Assembly (NCBI RefSeq): GCF_004010195.1
Contig: NC_057719.1
Coordinates: 94,593,674-94,654,158 of the forward strand
DNA: 60,485 nucleotides
DNA from: Chiloscyllium plagiosum
Taxonomy: Eukaryota
Direction: 5' to 3'
The position numbers and the translations under genes were made by a program. Numbering within the stretch: the first letter of the stretch is position 1; each line of letters begins with the position of its first letter. Shown piece after piece: positions 1 through 12,050 of this stretch. The notes under the pieces were generated by a model that searched no databases, had not been told where the DNA came from, and was given only the letters and a program-made list of their open reading frames with translations.

Positions 1-220
1 AGCAATTTATATTTCCATTGTGTCTTTAACGTCATAAAGCATTATAATGTGCTTCACAGAAGCATCATAAGCAGTTTGATGCTGAATCATATAGAAATAT
101 AAGCTTGGCCTGAGAGAGAAGTTTTAAGAGATGTTGGGTAGACAGGGGTACAGGTTTATGAAGGGATTACCAGTACCTTGGGTTTTGGCAGCCAAAGTGC
201 TGGAGTTTCTCATGGCATCA
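1..220 (-). mobile_element. degraded L2-like LINE/DeuSINE 3' end
   Basis: agcaatttatattt...tgtctttaacgt...gcttcacag resembles the reverse complement of the tail at about 23880-23940. Confidence 0.45.
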
Positions 221-733
221 TGATTGGTAAAAATATTTGAATGCATTTGATGCACGTCATTGTTAACGAAAGATTCTTGAGCATAGTCTCTAAAGTGGTT
301 TGAAAGCTGATGTCAAGTTTTTTTTAATTGAAGTAAGGCAACAGAAAGTCTTAATGTAATAACTGTCAGCTCTGTACATTTTACAAAAGATAAGTAATAT
401 AGTGTAATAAATTGGCAACTACCCAAATGTTTTCTCAAATGAAATGTAAAACTTTTCCATAGTTCAGGGATGGTCTCTAGTGGTTGAAAGTGTGTACTGC
501 AGCAAAGCTTACAAAAACATAAGATATGAATGTATTAAAAAGTACCTTTAGTATCTGCAGGCCTTACATGTTGTTATAGATATAAAATAATTTTAAAATG
601 ACCAAGAATTTTAACATCTTATTTGTACCTGATATTTCAATTTAAAAGCTTCTCTGGCTGAATAACCATCTCCAATCCTGTCTCTGGAAATGAGCTCCAG
701 CATTGTGGGCAAATAGTCTCTATTGAGTGGGAG

Positions 734-859
734 TCTAGATTAGAGTGGTGCTGGAAAAGCACAGCAGGTCAGGCAGCATCCGAGGAGCAGGCAAATCGAC
801 GGTTCGGGCAAAAGCCCTTCATCAGGAATAGAGGCAGGGAGCCTGCAGAGTGGAGAGAT
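734..859 (-). mobile_element. Penelope-like terminal repeat fragment (family A) with mutated hammerhead motif
   Basis: gctggaaaagcacagcaggtcaggcagcatc core; minus strand CTGATGA-AGGGCTTTTGCCC-GAAC. Confidence 0.75.
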
Positions 860-997
860 CATGCAGCCACAGCAGCAGAAGTGATTGTAAACTGCCAAGA
901 CTTTGCAGCTTTCACCATATTTAAAGGCCACTAACACACTACATCACTGCAGGACAGGAACTGGCCCTCACACTGTGGTAATTAAGCCATAAGTCAG

Positions 998-2040
998 AAG
1001 AAAGGAACACTCCCTTCTCACTTCATGGACACGGACTTGAATGTTTTGGTAGATAGATCTAACAATTACCACAGCAGGTCACACCATCAGATGCGACCAA
1101 TCTAGACATAGATTACAGCTCAAGTCATTGATGTGCCCCAAGTAAAGTGGGATGCCCAGTAGTGGAGGAAGAAGGTCAATAATTTACGATGTTCTAAAGA
1201 GGTAAGTGTTACCCTGGTATCTCATATTCACAGGGCCAGAACATACTCTGATTCTGGCACTGCAGATGCATTTCATCAAGGTTAATAGACTATAATTCTT
1301 AATATTGCATGCATCATGTCTACTCATTGGCTCTCACCATAAGGAGAGGCAATGGCCTAGTGGTATTATTGCTGGATTGTTGATCCAGTGACCCAGATAA
1401 TGTTCTAGAGGCCTGGGTTCAAACCACGTCATTGTGGATGGTGGAACTTGAATTCAATGAAAATCTGGAATTAAGAATCTAATTGTGACCATGAATCCAT
1501 TGCCGATTATCGGAAAAATCCATCTAGTTCACTAATGGAATTCAGGGAAGGAAACTGTCATCCTTAGCTGGTTTGGCCTACATGTGACTCCAGACCCACA
1601 GCAATGTGGTTAACACTTAACTGCCCTCTGGGAATAAGGAATGGGCAATAAATGCTGACCTCACCAATTATGTCCTCATCTCATGAATGAATAAAAACAA
1701 AACCCATCTCATTCTTCCAAACTACTAATCCTTCTTGACCTCTGCGTTTCACTCACTGGGGATACATCGCTTCCTCTCCTGTTCGACTTGACCACAAACT
1801 ACTCTTGCATCTGCTTTCACACTTCAATCATACTCAGTCTCTCACTTTGTCTTATTGCAGGAAATGTTTGCTGGTAACTGGACTGGGAGGTCCAAGACTG
1901 GTATTGGGGATGATAAGGTAGGCTAGTGGTGGTCGTGGCACTAGGGTGAAGAGAGCAGGGAAAGTGTGGTAGGGATACACATTAGGCTACTTAGTCCCTT
2001 TGAAGAAAAGGTTTTGCGTATGGCCACAAAGGAGCACAAC
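998..2040 (+). pseudogene. relic of a spliced Myb/SANT-like DNA-binding gene (Harbinger ORF1/NAIF1/MSANTD-like), copy 1
   Basis: 998-1201 reads KKGTLPSHFMDTDLNVLVD...PI*T*ITAQV...DAQ*WRKKVNNLRCSKE then gtaagt; acceptor ttgcag at 1860 then EMFAGNWTGRSKTG and HIRLLSPFEEKVL. Confidence 0.55.
1343..1700 (+). mobile_element. tRNA-headed SINE, MetaSINE-like
   Basis: A box tggcctagtgg, B box ggttcaaacc, core gttcactaat..agggaaggaaa..tggcctacatgtgactccagacccacagcaatgtgg, tail atgaatgaataaaaa; second copy at 42040-42365. Confidence 0.65.
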
Positions 2041-2139
2041 CAATCGTGGAGAAGTGAAGAGACCTTAATGGGTGACCAACCCAGGATGCTTCATTGTGCC
2101 ATGGTGCACTGCAGTCCCATTACCACCAGGACTAACTCA

Positions 2140-2955
2140 TTTTTAACCTGCACAAGATTCCATAAGTAATTTTAATACAAATTTTCAGAGAAATAGTGAA
2201 AAATTAAATGGGCAAAAAGTCAGCAAATAGAATGTGTGAAAATGTGAAACACTCATTTTTGAAAGAACAGAAGATTAGAATATTACTTAACTGAAGGAAA
2301 ACTGAAGAAAGTCGTAACACAGAGGAACTTGGGGTGGTGTAGGGAGGAGGGGGGCTGGGGGTGGGGTTACTTGTACACAAAACACAGAAAGCTAGCACCC
2401 AGGTGTAGAAGGTAATCAAGAAGGCTAATGGAACATTTGCCCTTATTTCAAGGGGATTGGAGTATAGGAGTAGGGAAATCTTACTGCAATTGTAAAAGGT
2501 GCTGGTGAGACCACATCTGGAGTAACATGACCAGTTTTGGTACCCTTATTTAAGGAAGGATATTATTTCATTAGAGACAGTTCAGAGAAGGTTCAGGATG
2601 ATCCTGGTATAGAGGGATTGTCTTATGAGTAAATGCAAAACAAGTTGGGATTCTACTTAGTGAAGTTTAGAAGAATCAGAGATGATTACATTGAAACATA
2701 TAGGATTCTTAAGGGGTGTGATGGTATAAATATTGAGAAGATGCTTCCCCTCCTGGAAGAGTTTAAGACCAGAGGGAATAGTCTCAGAATAAAGGGGCAC
2801 CAACTGAAGACTGAAATGGGGAGTAATTCTGAGGATTGAGAGTCTTTGCAACTCCTTACCACACGATAGCAGAGTCCTTGTGTATATTAAAGGCTGAGAT
2901 AGATTGTTGATCAGTCAGGAAATCGAGGGTTACAGGAAAAAGGCAGGAAAGTGGA
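2140..2955 (+). mobile_element. degraded CR1 LINE 3' part
   Basis: RPHLE-like segment and YIETYRILKG/TRGNSLRIKG (ORF 2633). Confidence 0.8.
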
Positions 2956-2970
2956 CATTCTGGAGTACTG

Positions 2971-3154
2971 TCGAAGAGTGTAGTGCAGGAGGATCGTCAT
3001 TTCGGGCAGAGGCCCTTCATCAGGAATGAGGCCTCGTTCCAGATGAAGGGCTTATATCTGAAACATTGATTCTCCTGCATCTCGGATGCTGCCTGACCGG
3101 CTATGCTTTTCCAGCCCTACTCTGATCTCCAGCATCTGCAGTCCTCACTTTCTC
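2971..3154. mobile_element. Penelope family A head-to-head hairpin insertion with 15-bp TSD
   Basis: TSD CATTCTGGAGTACTG at 2956-2970 and 3155-3169; inverted cccttcatcaggaa/ttccagatgaaggg around gaggcctc. Confidence 0.8.
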
Positions 3155-3169
3155 CATTCTGGAGTACTG

Positions 3170-3750
3170 AGGAAGGATATTAACTCTTGGAGAGGATTCG
3201 GAAGAGACTTACCAGGATGTTGCCACATATGGAAGGTTTGAGTTATAAAGAAAGGCTGGTTAGGTTGGGATGTTTTCACAGGAGCATAAGACGTTGAAAG
3301 ATAACCTGATAGAAGTTTATAAAATAATGAGGGATACAGATAGAATTAATGGTAATTGTCTTTTCCTTAATTTGGGGATTTCGAGACTTTCAAGGAGGCA
3401 TATTTTTAAAGTGAGAGGAAAGAAATTTGTAAAAGACGAGTGGCAAATATTTAGCACAGAGAGTGGGTCATGTGTGGAATGAACTTCTCAAGGAAGTGTT
3501 GGATGCAGGTACAATTACAACGTTCAAAAGACGTTTGGATAAGTTCATGAAAAGGAATGATTTGGAGGGTTATGGGCTAGGAGCATGCAGATGTGACTAG
3601 TTTAGTTTGGGATAATGGTTGCATGGACTGGTCGGACCGAAGGGTCTTTATTGCTGCAGTATGATTCTATAAGGAATGTTAGATCAGCCATGATCTCTTT
3701 GAATTGCGGAGCAGACTCAGGCTGAGCAGTCTATTCCGGTTCCTGTTTCT
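3170..3750 (+). mobile_element. CR1 LINE 3' fragments
   Basis: [10 protein letters not shown] (ORF 3270) and a ggaccgaagggtc tail. Confidence 0.8.
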
Positions 3751-4290
3751 TATGGTCATGTTTGCTTGGGCCGTAAATTTTAATCTAGGTTCTTGGACAA
3801 TGATTGGCCTACTGATGAAATTGAAGCCAGGTGGGTGGCATTGTTGAATAAGTGGAGGCTTAATTTCTGCTCTACCCAGAAACTTTATGCATCCACCCAT
3901 GCCTCATCCCGTCAAACTCCCCAAAGAAGGAAAGAAGTAACTTAATCAGCTACTTTGCATTCTGTGGCAGCTATTTTGTGCAGTTATTATGTAGTTGATT
4001 TTCAATCTGATGTGGCAAGCGTCCAAATTCATTTCAGTGTGAGTGAGTTGCAGATTTCATTTGTGACACATTAATTCCACCCCTGCCCATCCCTCATGTT
4101 TAGTTTTAGTGTAGCTGTCCCTGTGCCCCTATTGACCTTTCAATCTGTTTCCCCCTTTATTTGCTGAGCCTCTTTATATAACTATTAATGTGCCCACCTA
4201 ACGCACAGAGCCCATGACTTTGGAAATGTCTATAGTCTTGCTGGTGCTATGTTGTCCCCATATCTTGCCTTCCAACAACTGCTCTAGCAT

Positions 4291-4372
4291 ATCCAGGTCC
4301 CTCCTATTCACTGTGTGATCCCATTCTACTATCCAGATTCTTCCTATTCACTGTGAGATCCCACCTTAGTAT
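4291..4372. repeat. short tandem duplication, about 40 bp x2
   Basis: atccag..tcctattcactgtg(t/a)gatccca occurs twice in tandem. Confidence 0.6.
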
Positions 4373-4533
4373 CTACAATTTCTCTCTGTTGCTGTCACCA
4401 TTTCCCTACTCACTCAGCAATGTGAAGCCAATCTCCAGATTTGAGATTGACAGCTTTCCCTGTGACTGCCTGAACTGCCGGAAAAAAACCCCAGTCCATC
4501 ATCAGTAAAGCTTCCAGGACTAATCTGAATAGC

Positions 4534-4660
4534 GGTTCGAAAGAAGGCTCACTGAACTTGAAACGTTAACTCTGATTTCTCCTCATGGATGCTGCTAGAC
4601 CTGCTGAGGTTTTCCAGCAATTCCTGCTTTTGCTTCAGATTTCCACCATCCACCATCCTT
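4534..4660 (+). mobile_element. Penelope-like terminal repeat, family B
   Basis: gaaggctcactgaacttgaaacgttaactctg...gatgctgctagacctgctgag; related copies at 5620-5800, 30867-31372, 44700-44800. Confidence 0.65.
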
Positions 4661-4699
4661 TTGGGATTTTTTTCACCAATCTGAATACTTTGATCAAAT

Positions 4700-5015
4700 C
4701 CAGCATGGGCAACCAATGACATAGGTAGGAGGAGGGCTGAGGATGTTAGGCAGGCTTTCAGGGAGCTAGGTTGGAAGCTCAGAGTTAGAACAAACAGAGT
4801 TGTTGTCTCTGGTTTGTTACCAGTGCCACATGATAGAGAGTCGAGGAATAGGGAGAGACAACAGTTAAATGCGTGGGTACAGGGATGGTGCAGGAGGGAG
4901 GGATTCCGGTATCTGGATAACTGTTTTTTTTTCTGGGGAAGGTGGGACCTCTATAAACAGGATGGTCTACACCTGAAGCTGAGGGGCACCAGTATCCTTG
5001 GCGGGAGGTTTGTTT
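4700..5015 (+). mobile_element. CR1 ORF1 (SGNH esterase) fragment
   Basis: ORF 4814: [18 protein letters not shown]...WGRWDLYKQDGLHL; homologous to about 38450-38900 (-). Confidence 0.85.
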
Positions 5016-5098
5016 AAACTAATTCTGCAGGGTTCTGAATGATGAAAATCGAAAAATAGTGGTGATTACACTTTAAATGGATTGTTCAAATATCAAAA

Positions 5099-5422
5099 AA
5101 TCCCTACAGCATGGAAGCAGACCATTCAACCCATTGAGTCCAGACTGACCCTCTGAAGAGCATCCCACCCAATCCCTGCATTTCCCATGGCCAGTCAACC
5201 TAGCCTGCACATCACTGGACACTATGGGGCAACTTAACATAGCAAATCTATCCTAACTTGCACATTTTTGTACTGTGGGAGGAACCTGGAGCACCCGGGG
5301 GAAACCCACTCAGACACGGGGAGAATGTGCAAACTCCACACAGTCGCTTGAGGGTGGAATCAAACCTGGGTCCCTGGCGCTGTGAGGCAGCAGTGTTAAC
5401 CACTGAGCCACCGTGCCACCCC
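5099..5422 (-). mobile_element. V-SINE (HE1-like)
   Basis: tRNA head, V-domain GTGTGGAGTTTGCACATTCTCCCCGTGTCTG and CR1-shared tail, all on the minus strand. Confidence 0.88.
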
Positions 5423-5619
5423 AAGTATCACTGTCTAGCACAGAAAGTGATTACAAAAGTAAATGGAATGCTGGCTTTTATTTCTCCCATGAAAAAAGTA
5501 AACTAAATTTATTTCACACTTCCTTTGTAATATGTTGATTTGCCATTCAAGCACAAAGGCTTTTGGCAGACTGAAACTACAGGCAGTGAGAAGTCACATT
5601 TAGACTGCTTACTGAAACA

Positions 5620-5800
5620 AAAAAAAAGAACAAAGAACAGCAGATGCTGGAAATCAAAAAGAAACACAGAAATTCTTTTTGGAGTCAAAGCAGAGTTAAT
5701 GTTTCGGGTCCAGTGATCCTTCTTCAGAACTTCCAAAATGTTACCTCGCCTTTGTCTCCAGAGATGTTGTCAGACCTGCTGAGTTTTTCAGCAATTTCTG
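5620..5800. mobile_element. Penelope family B partial hairpin
   Basis: minus strand ttctgaagaaggatcactggacccgaaacattaactctgc, followed by an inverted partial copy. Confidence 0.65.
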
Positions 5801-7995
5801 CTTATTGAGATATTGCAGTGCCTTATTTGAACAATAACATAATGTAATGCAAGGTCAACATAATAAGTTGACGATTGTTGCTACTTGCTAAAAGGATAAC
5901 AGCAGAATTCAAACTAGTATTCAAGAGAATTTGATCAGAGAGAGAGTCCTGCAGGTAAAGACATCAGACAGTTACTTTCATCTAAATAGTCAAAGAAGTG
6001 ATCCCCAAACACTTGAAATAGAAAGAAAGATGAACTCCTGTAACCTATTCCACCTTCAAGTTCACTTGAGAAATCTACCCTTGGGGCAGATCAACTACAA
6101 TAACTTTTGCAGCCACAGAGACATTTGTTTCTCAAGATCTTCACTGCAATCAAAACATCAATTAAGAAACAAGATCTGCACAGAAATAGAGGCTGAGTTA
6201 AATCCCATTTTTAATTATAACAGCTTTATCTTAATCTGTATCTAATTTTGTGTGTTTAATAGTGTTGGTGAGTCAAGTGGATGAGTCAACACATTTTTGT
6301 TATGCCTCCAGGACAAGTGAATGGGAAATAAATTAACCTTCTTCATTTTTAAATATGCAAAATCTTGCTGCTGGGTTATCAACATCAAGTCAACCATGTT
6401 GGGGATAATAAAATAGACACAACCCCACATACAAATATAGTGATTATGAGCAAATAAAAGTTGACAGCTAAAATTTGACCATAACATAATATATGTTATA
6501 TGGTTAATTTTTATTGTGAGATAATGAGCACTGTATGGAAAATGCTAAGCATTATGACCTTGATGGCTTAGAACAAATCTGAATGGAAATGAAATCTAAA
6601 AAACTCAATGATTGACATATGTTTTCAAAAGTCCAATTGTTTTACAAAATGAAATGCTCATACGAGGAAGCTATTAGGGTGCTTAGAAGAATGGTGTCTC
6701 ATAATGAAATTCTCTGCATAGAATATAGAAGTTATTTTGCTTTCACTTTTTTACGATGATAGTTGTGTATATTAACGCTTTTTTTTATTTAAAGAGAAAT
6801 AAAACTTCTGTTTATATCACATGAATGCTGATTACTTGTATGCAGATGGGGAACATATTTAAGAGCATATGTTTAAGCATACGTTAAGAGACATTGAAGG
6901 AAATTTTAGTATGGTTATGTGAGGGGTGTGTGCTTGTACTGTTTAATTCTGTAAATATGTGCAATACAAGTAAACTTTAGTTCCAGTTTTATCCTTCATT
7001 AACTGGCTTGCTGGTTTAGAACACATTTGGTGCTTTCGTGCCATCAATGCATGGTTGTAATTTAAGGCTGTAAGAAGAGTTTACAGTGTTCTGTGCATGT
7101 GACCTGTTTTCAATGACCCCACACAAGTTGACCTTGTTATTTATGACAGTTTGCTGACCTTCTGAAGTTTGGTGGAAGGGTGCTTGGTGGCATACTAAAT
7201 CCAGTAAGAAAATAAATATCAGTACCACTTTTGGCATTTCAGTCATCTCTTGACATTATGGTTTTATATTTCATGATTATAGAGAGAGAGAGGGGAAAAT
7301 GTTATAACTGGGACATCGTGACCTAACACTGCAGTACATCAGGCACAGTGGTCGGAGAGTAACACTCTACTTGTTGTATCATTCCTGTGAACAACATATA
7401 AACTGCATGAAATCATGAGTTCAAAATTTTAATAATGATTTCAAGAATAAAGATTGTCTTTAGAGATACCTCCTTAACAGCATGAATTGTGAGCAGAACT
7501 GATGTTATAAGGTAACTAAACAGGTCAAATTCCATTTGATTGCATTCCCTTGTAGGAATTTGTACCATTTTTTTCAAGGAACAAATAATAGCCAAAGTTA
7601 TAAGCAAAGGAAGTAGAATTATATCTTACTTCTATTCAAATTCATGATTGTATATGTCGCATTTCTGTTTATGGGCTCCATGATCTGGCCTCATATCTTT
7701 TCTAGATCTTTGCATTGGGAGTCACTGGAATGGAATTGCTGCTTCAATTTCTCTACTCAACAACTCCTAACCAATCTATTGCCCTCTGAAATTACAGCAC
7801 TCCATTTCTGCCATGACCACCTGCTATTATCTTGCACTATCATTCTTCTAATCATTTAATCATTCTTGCCCTTTCACAGGCCTTTCCCATTATTCTTTTC
7901 CACCCACCTTTTCCTGGCTCAGAATCTCATTATTAGCAATTACGTTTCTAACTTCTTTCAGTTCTTAAGAAAGTCACCAACCTAAAATATATATA

Positions 7996-8286
7996 CTTTT
8001 TTCCACGTATGGAGTCAGCTATTACGAGGGGGCATAGCTTTAAATTAAAGGGGGGTAGGTATAGGACAGATGTTAGGGGTAGGTTCTTTACTCAGCGAGT
8101 CGTGAATTCATGGAATGCCCTGCCAGTAGCAGTGGTGGACTCTCCCTCTTTATGGGCATTTAAACGGGCATTGGATAGGCATATGGAGGATAGTGGGCTA
8201 GTGTAGGTTAGGTGGGCTTGGATCGGCGCAACATCGAGGGCCAAAGGGCCTGTACTGCGCTGTATTTTTCTATGTTCTATGTTCTA
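7996..8286 (+). mobile_element. young CR1 3' end with (TTCTATG)n tail
   Basis: ORF 8009 [34 protein letters not shown]; microsatellite tail. Confidence 0.9.
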
Positions 8287-8995
8287 ACCCTTGGTCTAGA
8301 TTAGGATGAGCCTCTTGACTGACTGTGACAGTACCCACAATTGACAATACCCTTTACACCACTAAGGACTGAACCTGTTTGATTTTCATACATGGCTATA
8401 TGTTCTTAGGACATACCGTGTTTTGTGTAAACTGCTGGCACACGCTGCAGCTCTGATGTTGACATAGTACCGTGCCTCACAGCAACATGTGCACTCCTGT
8501 CAGAATGATAGATTGATTGCCCAGTACTTCCCAGTTCATACAAATTGTCAGCCTCTGCATTAAAACCAATGCAGAGGCATTAAGTTCATTCTGAAGACTC
8601 TGCGTGTATACGCTAAAAATGTGAAATAAACCAAGGCTGGCCACTTCATCTGGTAAAATGATTAAGTGTTAAGAAAGCAAACTAATGTCCATAAAATGCT
8701 ACTGTATAGATTAACATGCTCATCCCCAACACAGAACAGTGCTAATAGGGTGTGAAAACCTTTGTTTAAGGTGATGGATATGAAAGGGTTAATCTAAGAG
8801 GCAAACTGAACCTCTGTCTGTTCTGATGTAAAACATATCACTGGATCGATCATCAGGTAGTTTGGCTGGACAGGCATTGGTCTCTGACATGGTCTGCCGG
8901 TGGAAACAAATATGTCTTTACTCTCTCTCATCAGTAATAGTTAATGTGCCTCAGAATGAATGTTATCTGTACGTAGTTCCTGACATATAATAAAC

Positions 8996-9637
8996 TGGAT
9001 GTAGGTTTGCTCGCTGAGCTGGAAGGCTCATTTTCAGGTGTTTCGTCATCATACTAGGTAACATCTTCAGTGAGCCTCCAGACAAAGCACTGCTGGCATA
9101 TCCTGCTTCTATTTATATGTTTGGGTTTCCTTGGGTTGGTGATGTAACAAACATTACATTGGACAAATAGGCAGTAAACTAGCCACCAGGATACATGAAC
9201 ACCAACTAGCCACAAAAAGACATGACCATCTCTCACTTGTATCCTTACATACAGATAAGGAAGGGCACCACTTCGACTGAGGCAACACACCCATCCTAGC
9301 ACAAGCCAAACAGAGACATGCACGAGAATTCCTAGACGCATGGCATTCCAACTGGAACTCTATCAACAAACACATTGACTTGGACCCCATTTACCACCCC
9401 CAGAGAAAAAGAACAGGAAATTACATCACCAGTGGAAATGATGTCACCACAGGAAACGACATCACCAATCCAATGAAACCCAAACATATAAATGCAGGAA
9501 ACACCAGCAGTGCTTTGTCCGGAGGCTCACTGAAGATGTTACCTGGAATGGTGATGGAATGTCTGAAAATGAACCTTCCAGCTCAGCAAGCAAATCTATA
9601 TCCAGAACCTCAACCCGAGCTACAAATCTTCTCAAAA
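8996..9637 (+). mobile_element. 5'-truncated Penelope element: inverted terminal repeat + GIY-YIG endonuclease relic + terminal repeat (family D)
   Basis: From 9146 reads NKHYIGQIGSKLATRIHEHQLATKRHD...AREFLDAWHSNWNSINKHIDLDPIY (one stop); 8996-9145 is the reverse complement of about 9459-9606. Confidence 0.85.
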
Positions 9638-9709
9638 TTTGTTTATGTAGTAAACTATAGTTGTTTGGAATACAAATACCTTGTTTGCAGAGACTGATTA
9701 TGACATGGG

Positions 9710-10748
9710 CAAATTGTTGGAGAGAATCCTGAGGGACAAATGTAAATGTACATTTATTTGGAAAGGCAAGGACTGATTAGCAATAGTCAACATGGCTTTA
9801 TGCATGGGAACCATATCTCATAAACTTGATTGAGGTTTTTGAAGAAGTAACAAAGAGGATTGATGAGGGCAGAATGGTCGATGTGATTTATATGGACTTC
9901 AGTCAGGCGTTCGACAAGGTTCCCCGTGGGAGACTGGTTAGCAAGGTTAGATCTCATGGAATACAGGGAGAATTAGCCATTTGGGTACAGAACTGGCTCT
10001 GGGTGATGGTGGAGAGTTGTTTTTCAGACTGGAGGCCTGTGATCAGTGGAGTGCCACAAGAATCAGTGCTGGGTCCTCTACTTTTCATCATTTATGTAAA
10101 TAATTTGGATGTGAGCATAAGAGGAATAATTAGTAAGTTTGCAGATGACACCAAAATTGGTTGAGTACAGGAGTTAGGAGGTCATGTTGCGGCTGTACAG
10201 GACATTGGTTAGGCCACTGTTGGAATGTTGCAAGCTATTCTGGTCTCCTTCCTATTGGAAAGATGTTGTGGAACTTGAAAGGGTTCAGAAAAGATTTACA
10301 AGGATGTTGCCAGCGTTGGAGGATTTGAGCTATAAGGAAAGGTTGAACAGGCTGAGGCTACTTTCCCTGGAGCGTCGGAGGCTGAGGGGTGACCTTATAG
10401 AGGTTTATAAAATCATGAGGGGCATGGATAGGGTAAATAGACAAAGTCTTTTCCTTCGGTTGGGGGAGTCCAGAACTAGAGGGCATAGTTTTAGGTCGAG
10501 AGGGAAAAGATATAAAAGAGACCTAAGGGGCAACCTTTTCATGCAGAGGGTGGTGCGTGTATGGAATGAGCTGTCAGAGGAAGTGGTGGAGGCTAATAGA
10601 ATTCAACATTTATAAGGCATCTGGATGGGTATATGAATAGGAAAGGTTTGGAGGGATTTGGGCCAGGTGCTGACAGGTGGGACTAGATTGGGTTGGAATG
10701 GACAAGTTGGACCAAAGGGTCTGTCTCTATGCTGTACATCTCTATGAC
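9710..10748 (+). mobile_element. CR1 LINE RT/3' fragment with internal deletion
   Basis: ORF 9826 ([30 protein letters not shown]) and ORF 10184. Confidence 0.92.
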
Positions 10749-11452
10749 ATGTCCTCCACACAGGTTACTGGATAGTTCCTGACACTGGCACGGAAAAGAA
10801 GATTAGTGACAGCACTCTACCCCAAGCATTGCATCATATTATAGCAAAGAAAATTATGATATCTGTGGCTCTAACTATTTCAGTCACCCACTAATAGGCT
10901 TATTCGCACAATTATAACATTATTGCTATGCCCAACAAAAATATTTTCAATTGAGCTGTACTGGAATAATAGTTTTTGAGGTTTGAGTGATTAAATTTGA
11001 CTGTATTGCCTTGTTGTGCAGTAAATTAACTTCGTGATTTTCATCAAATGATGTTATCTGCAGTGTTTAATCTTATTCAGGATTCTGTGCTCTTTCTACA
11101 ATCAGCTGAAAGCAATCACTTTGGGCTGAATCTTAAGCTATTTTGGCTAAGTTTCAATTTCATCAATTCTCTCAGAGGATGTCTCTCTGTGAGGTATAGC
11201 AAGTTATCTCAAGCTAATATTCCAAATTCACCTGGTTAACTACCAAACTCCAATGACACTATTTGTTTGATGCTAGCTGGATTCTACCATTTGCCACATT
11301 TGGAGTAATTCGCCATTGCCAAGATATCCCAGAATAGACTGGCATCTCTGGTATCCATATTACCATTAAAAGGCCGTTGTCTATCTTGGCAAACACCGTC
11401 AATGTGGGACTACGTTGCATGGTTCCTCATCTTTGTCCTGAATGTGTTAGAT

Positions 11453-12050
11453 AAGGGGAAATTGGCACCTCAGTTTGCTGACGAGCACCTGAAGTCCTGG
11501 TGGATGGGATGATGCAGAGGAGAGCTGTTCTCCTTCCTCAGGGCCATCAGAGGAAACCGTGATGCCAGGACCCTGCCACATTGGTCAGATGTTGCCCACC
11601 ACCTCATTGCAGTGTCAGCGTCTGGAAGAATGCACAGCAATGAAGGAAAAAGGAATATGACCTTCTGCACTCAGCAAGTATCAGTGCCCATCTTTTCTCT
11701 GCTACCTCACAATCACTTTATCTCTGCCACTGCAATCATCTCTTCCACCAAAGCTCATGCTCCACTACTCTCAGTACATTACATGTAGCATCTTCCCTTA
11801 GTTGCCCTCACTCTAACTTAGCATGGCTACTGCACAGCCTACTTACTCACTCAGGACACCTCACTACCCATTGCTCCATTCCTCCACTAGTTCCATCACT
11901 CACAGTTTCTTTCATCTCGCTCAATCCTCCCTTGGAGACAACAGTCCATAAAAGGGCAGAAAAAAAGTCAAGTCAGGTCTTTGTTTTGCCTGACATTCAG
12001 CTCTTTACCTATTATAAGCTAAATGATCCTGACAGACTTGAGGGGCTGAC
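11453..12050 (+). pseudogene. Myb/SANT-like relic, copy 2
   Basis: With frameshifts reads KGKLAPQFADEHL-VLVDGMMQRRAVLLPQ...TLPHWSDVAHHLIAVS...NAQQ*RKKEYDLLHSA; downstream ETTVHKRAEK...LPDIQLFTYY (ORF 11932); aligns by eye with 998-2040. Confidence 0.55.
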
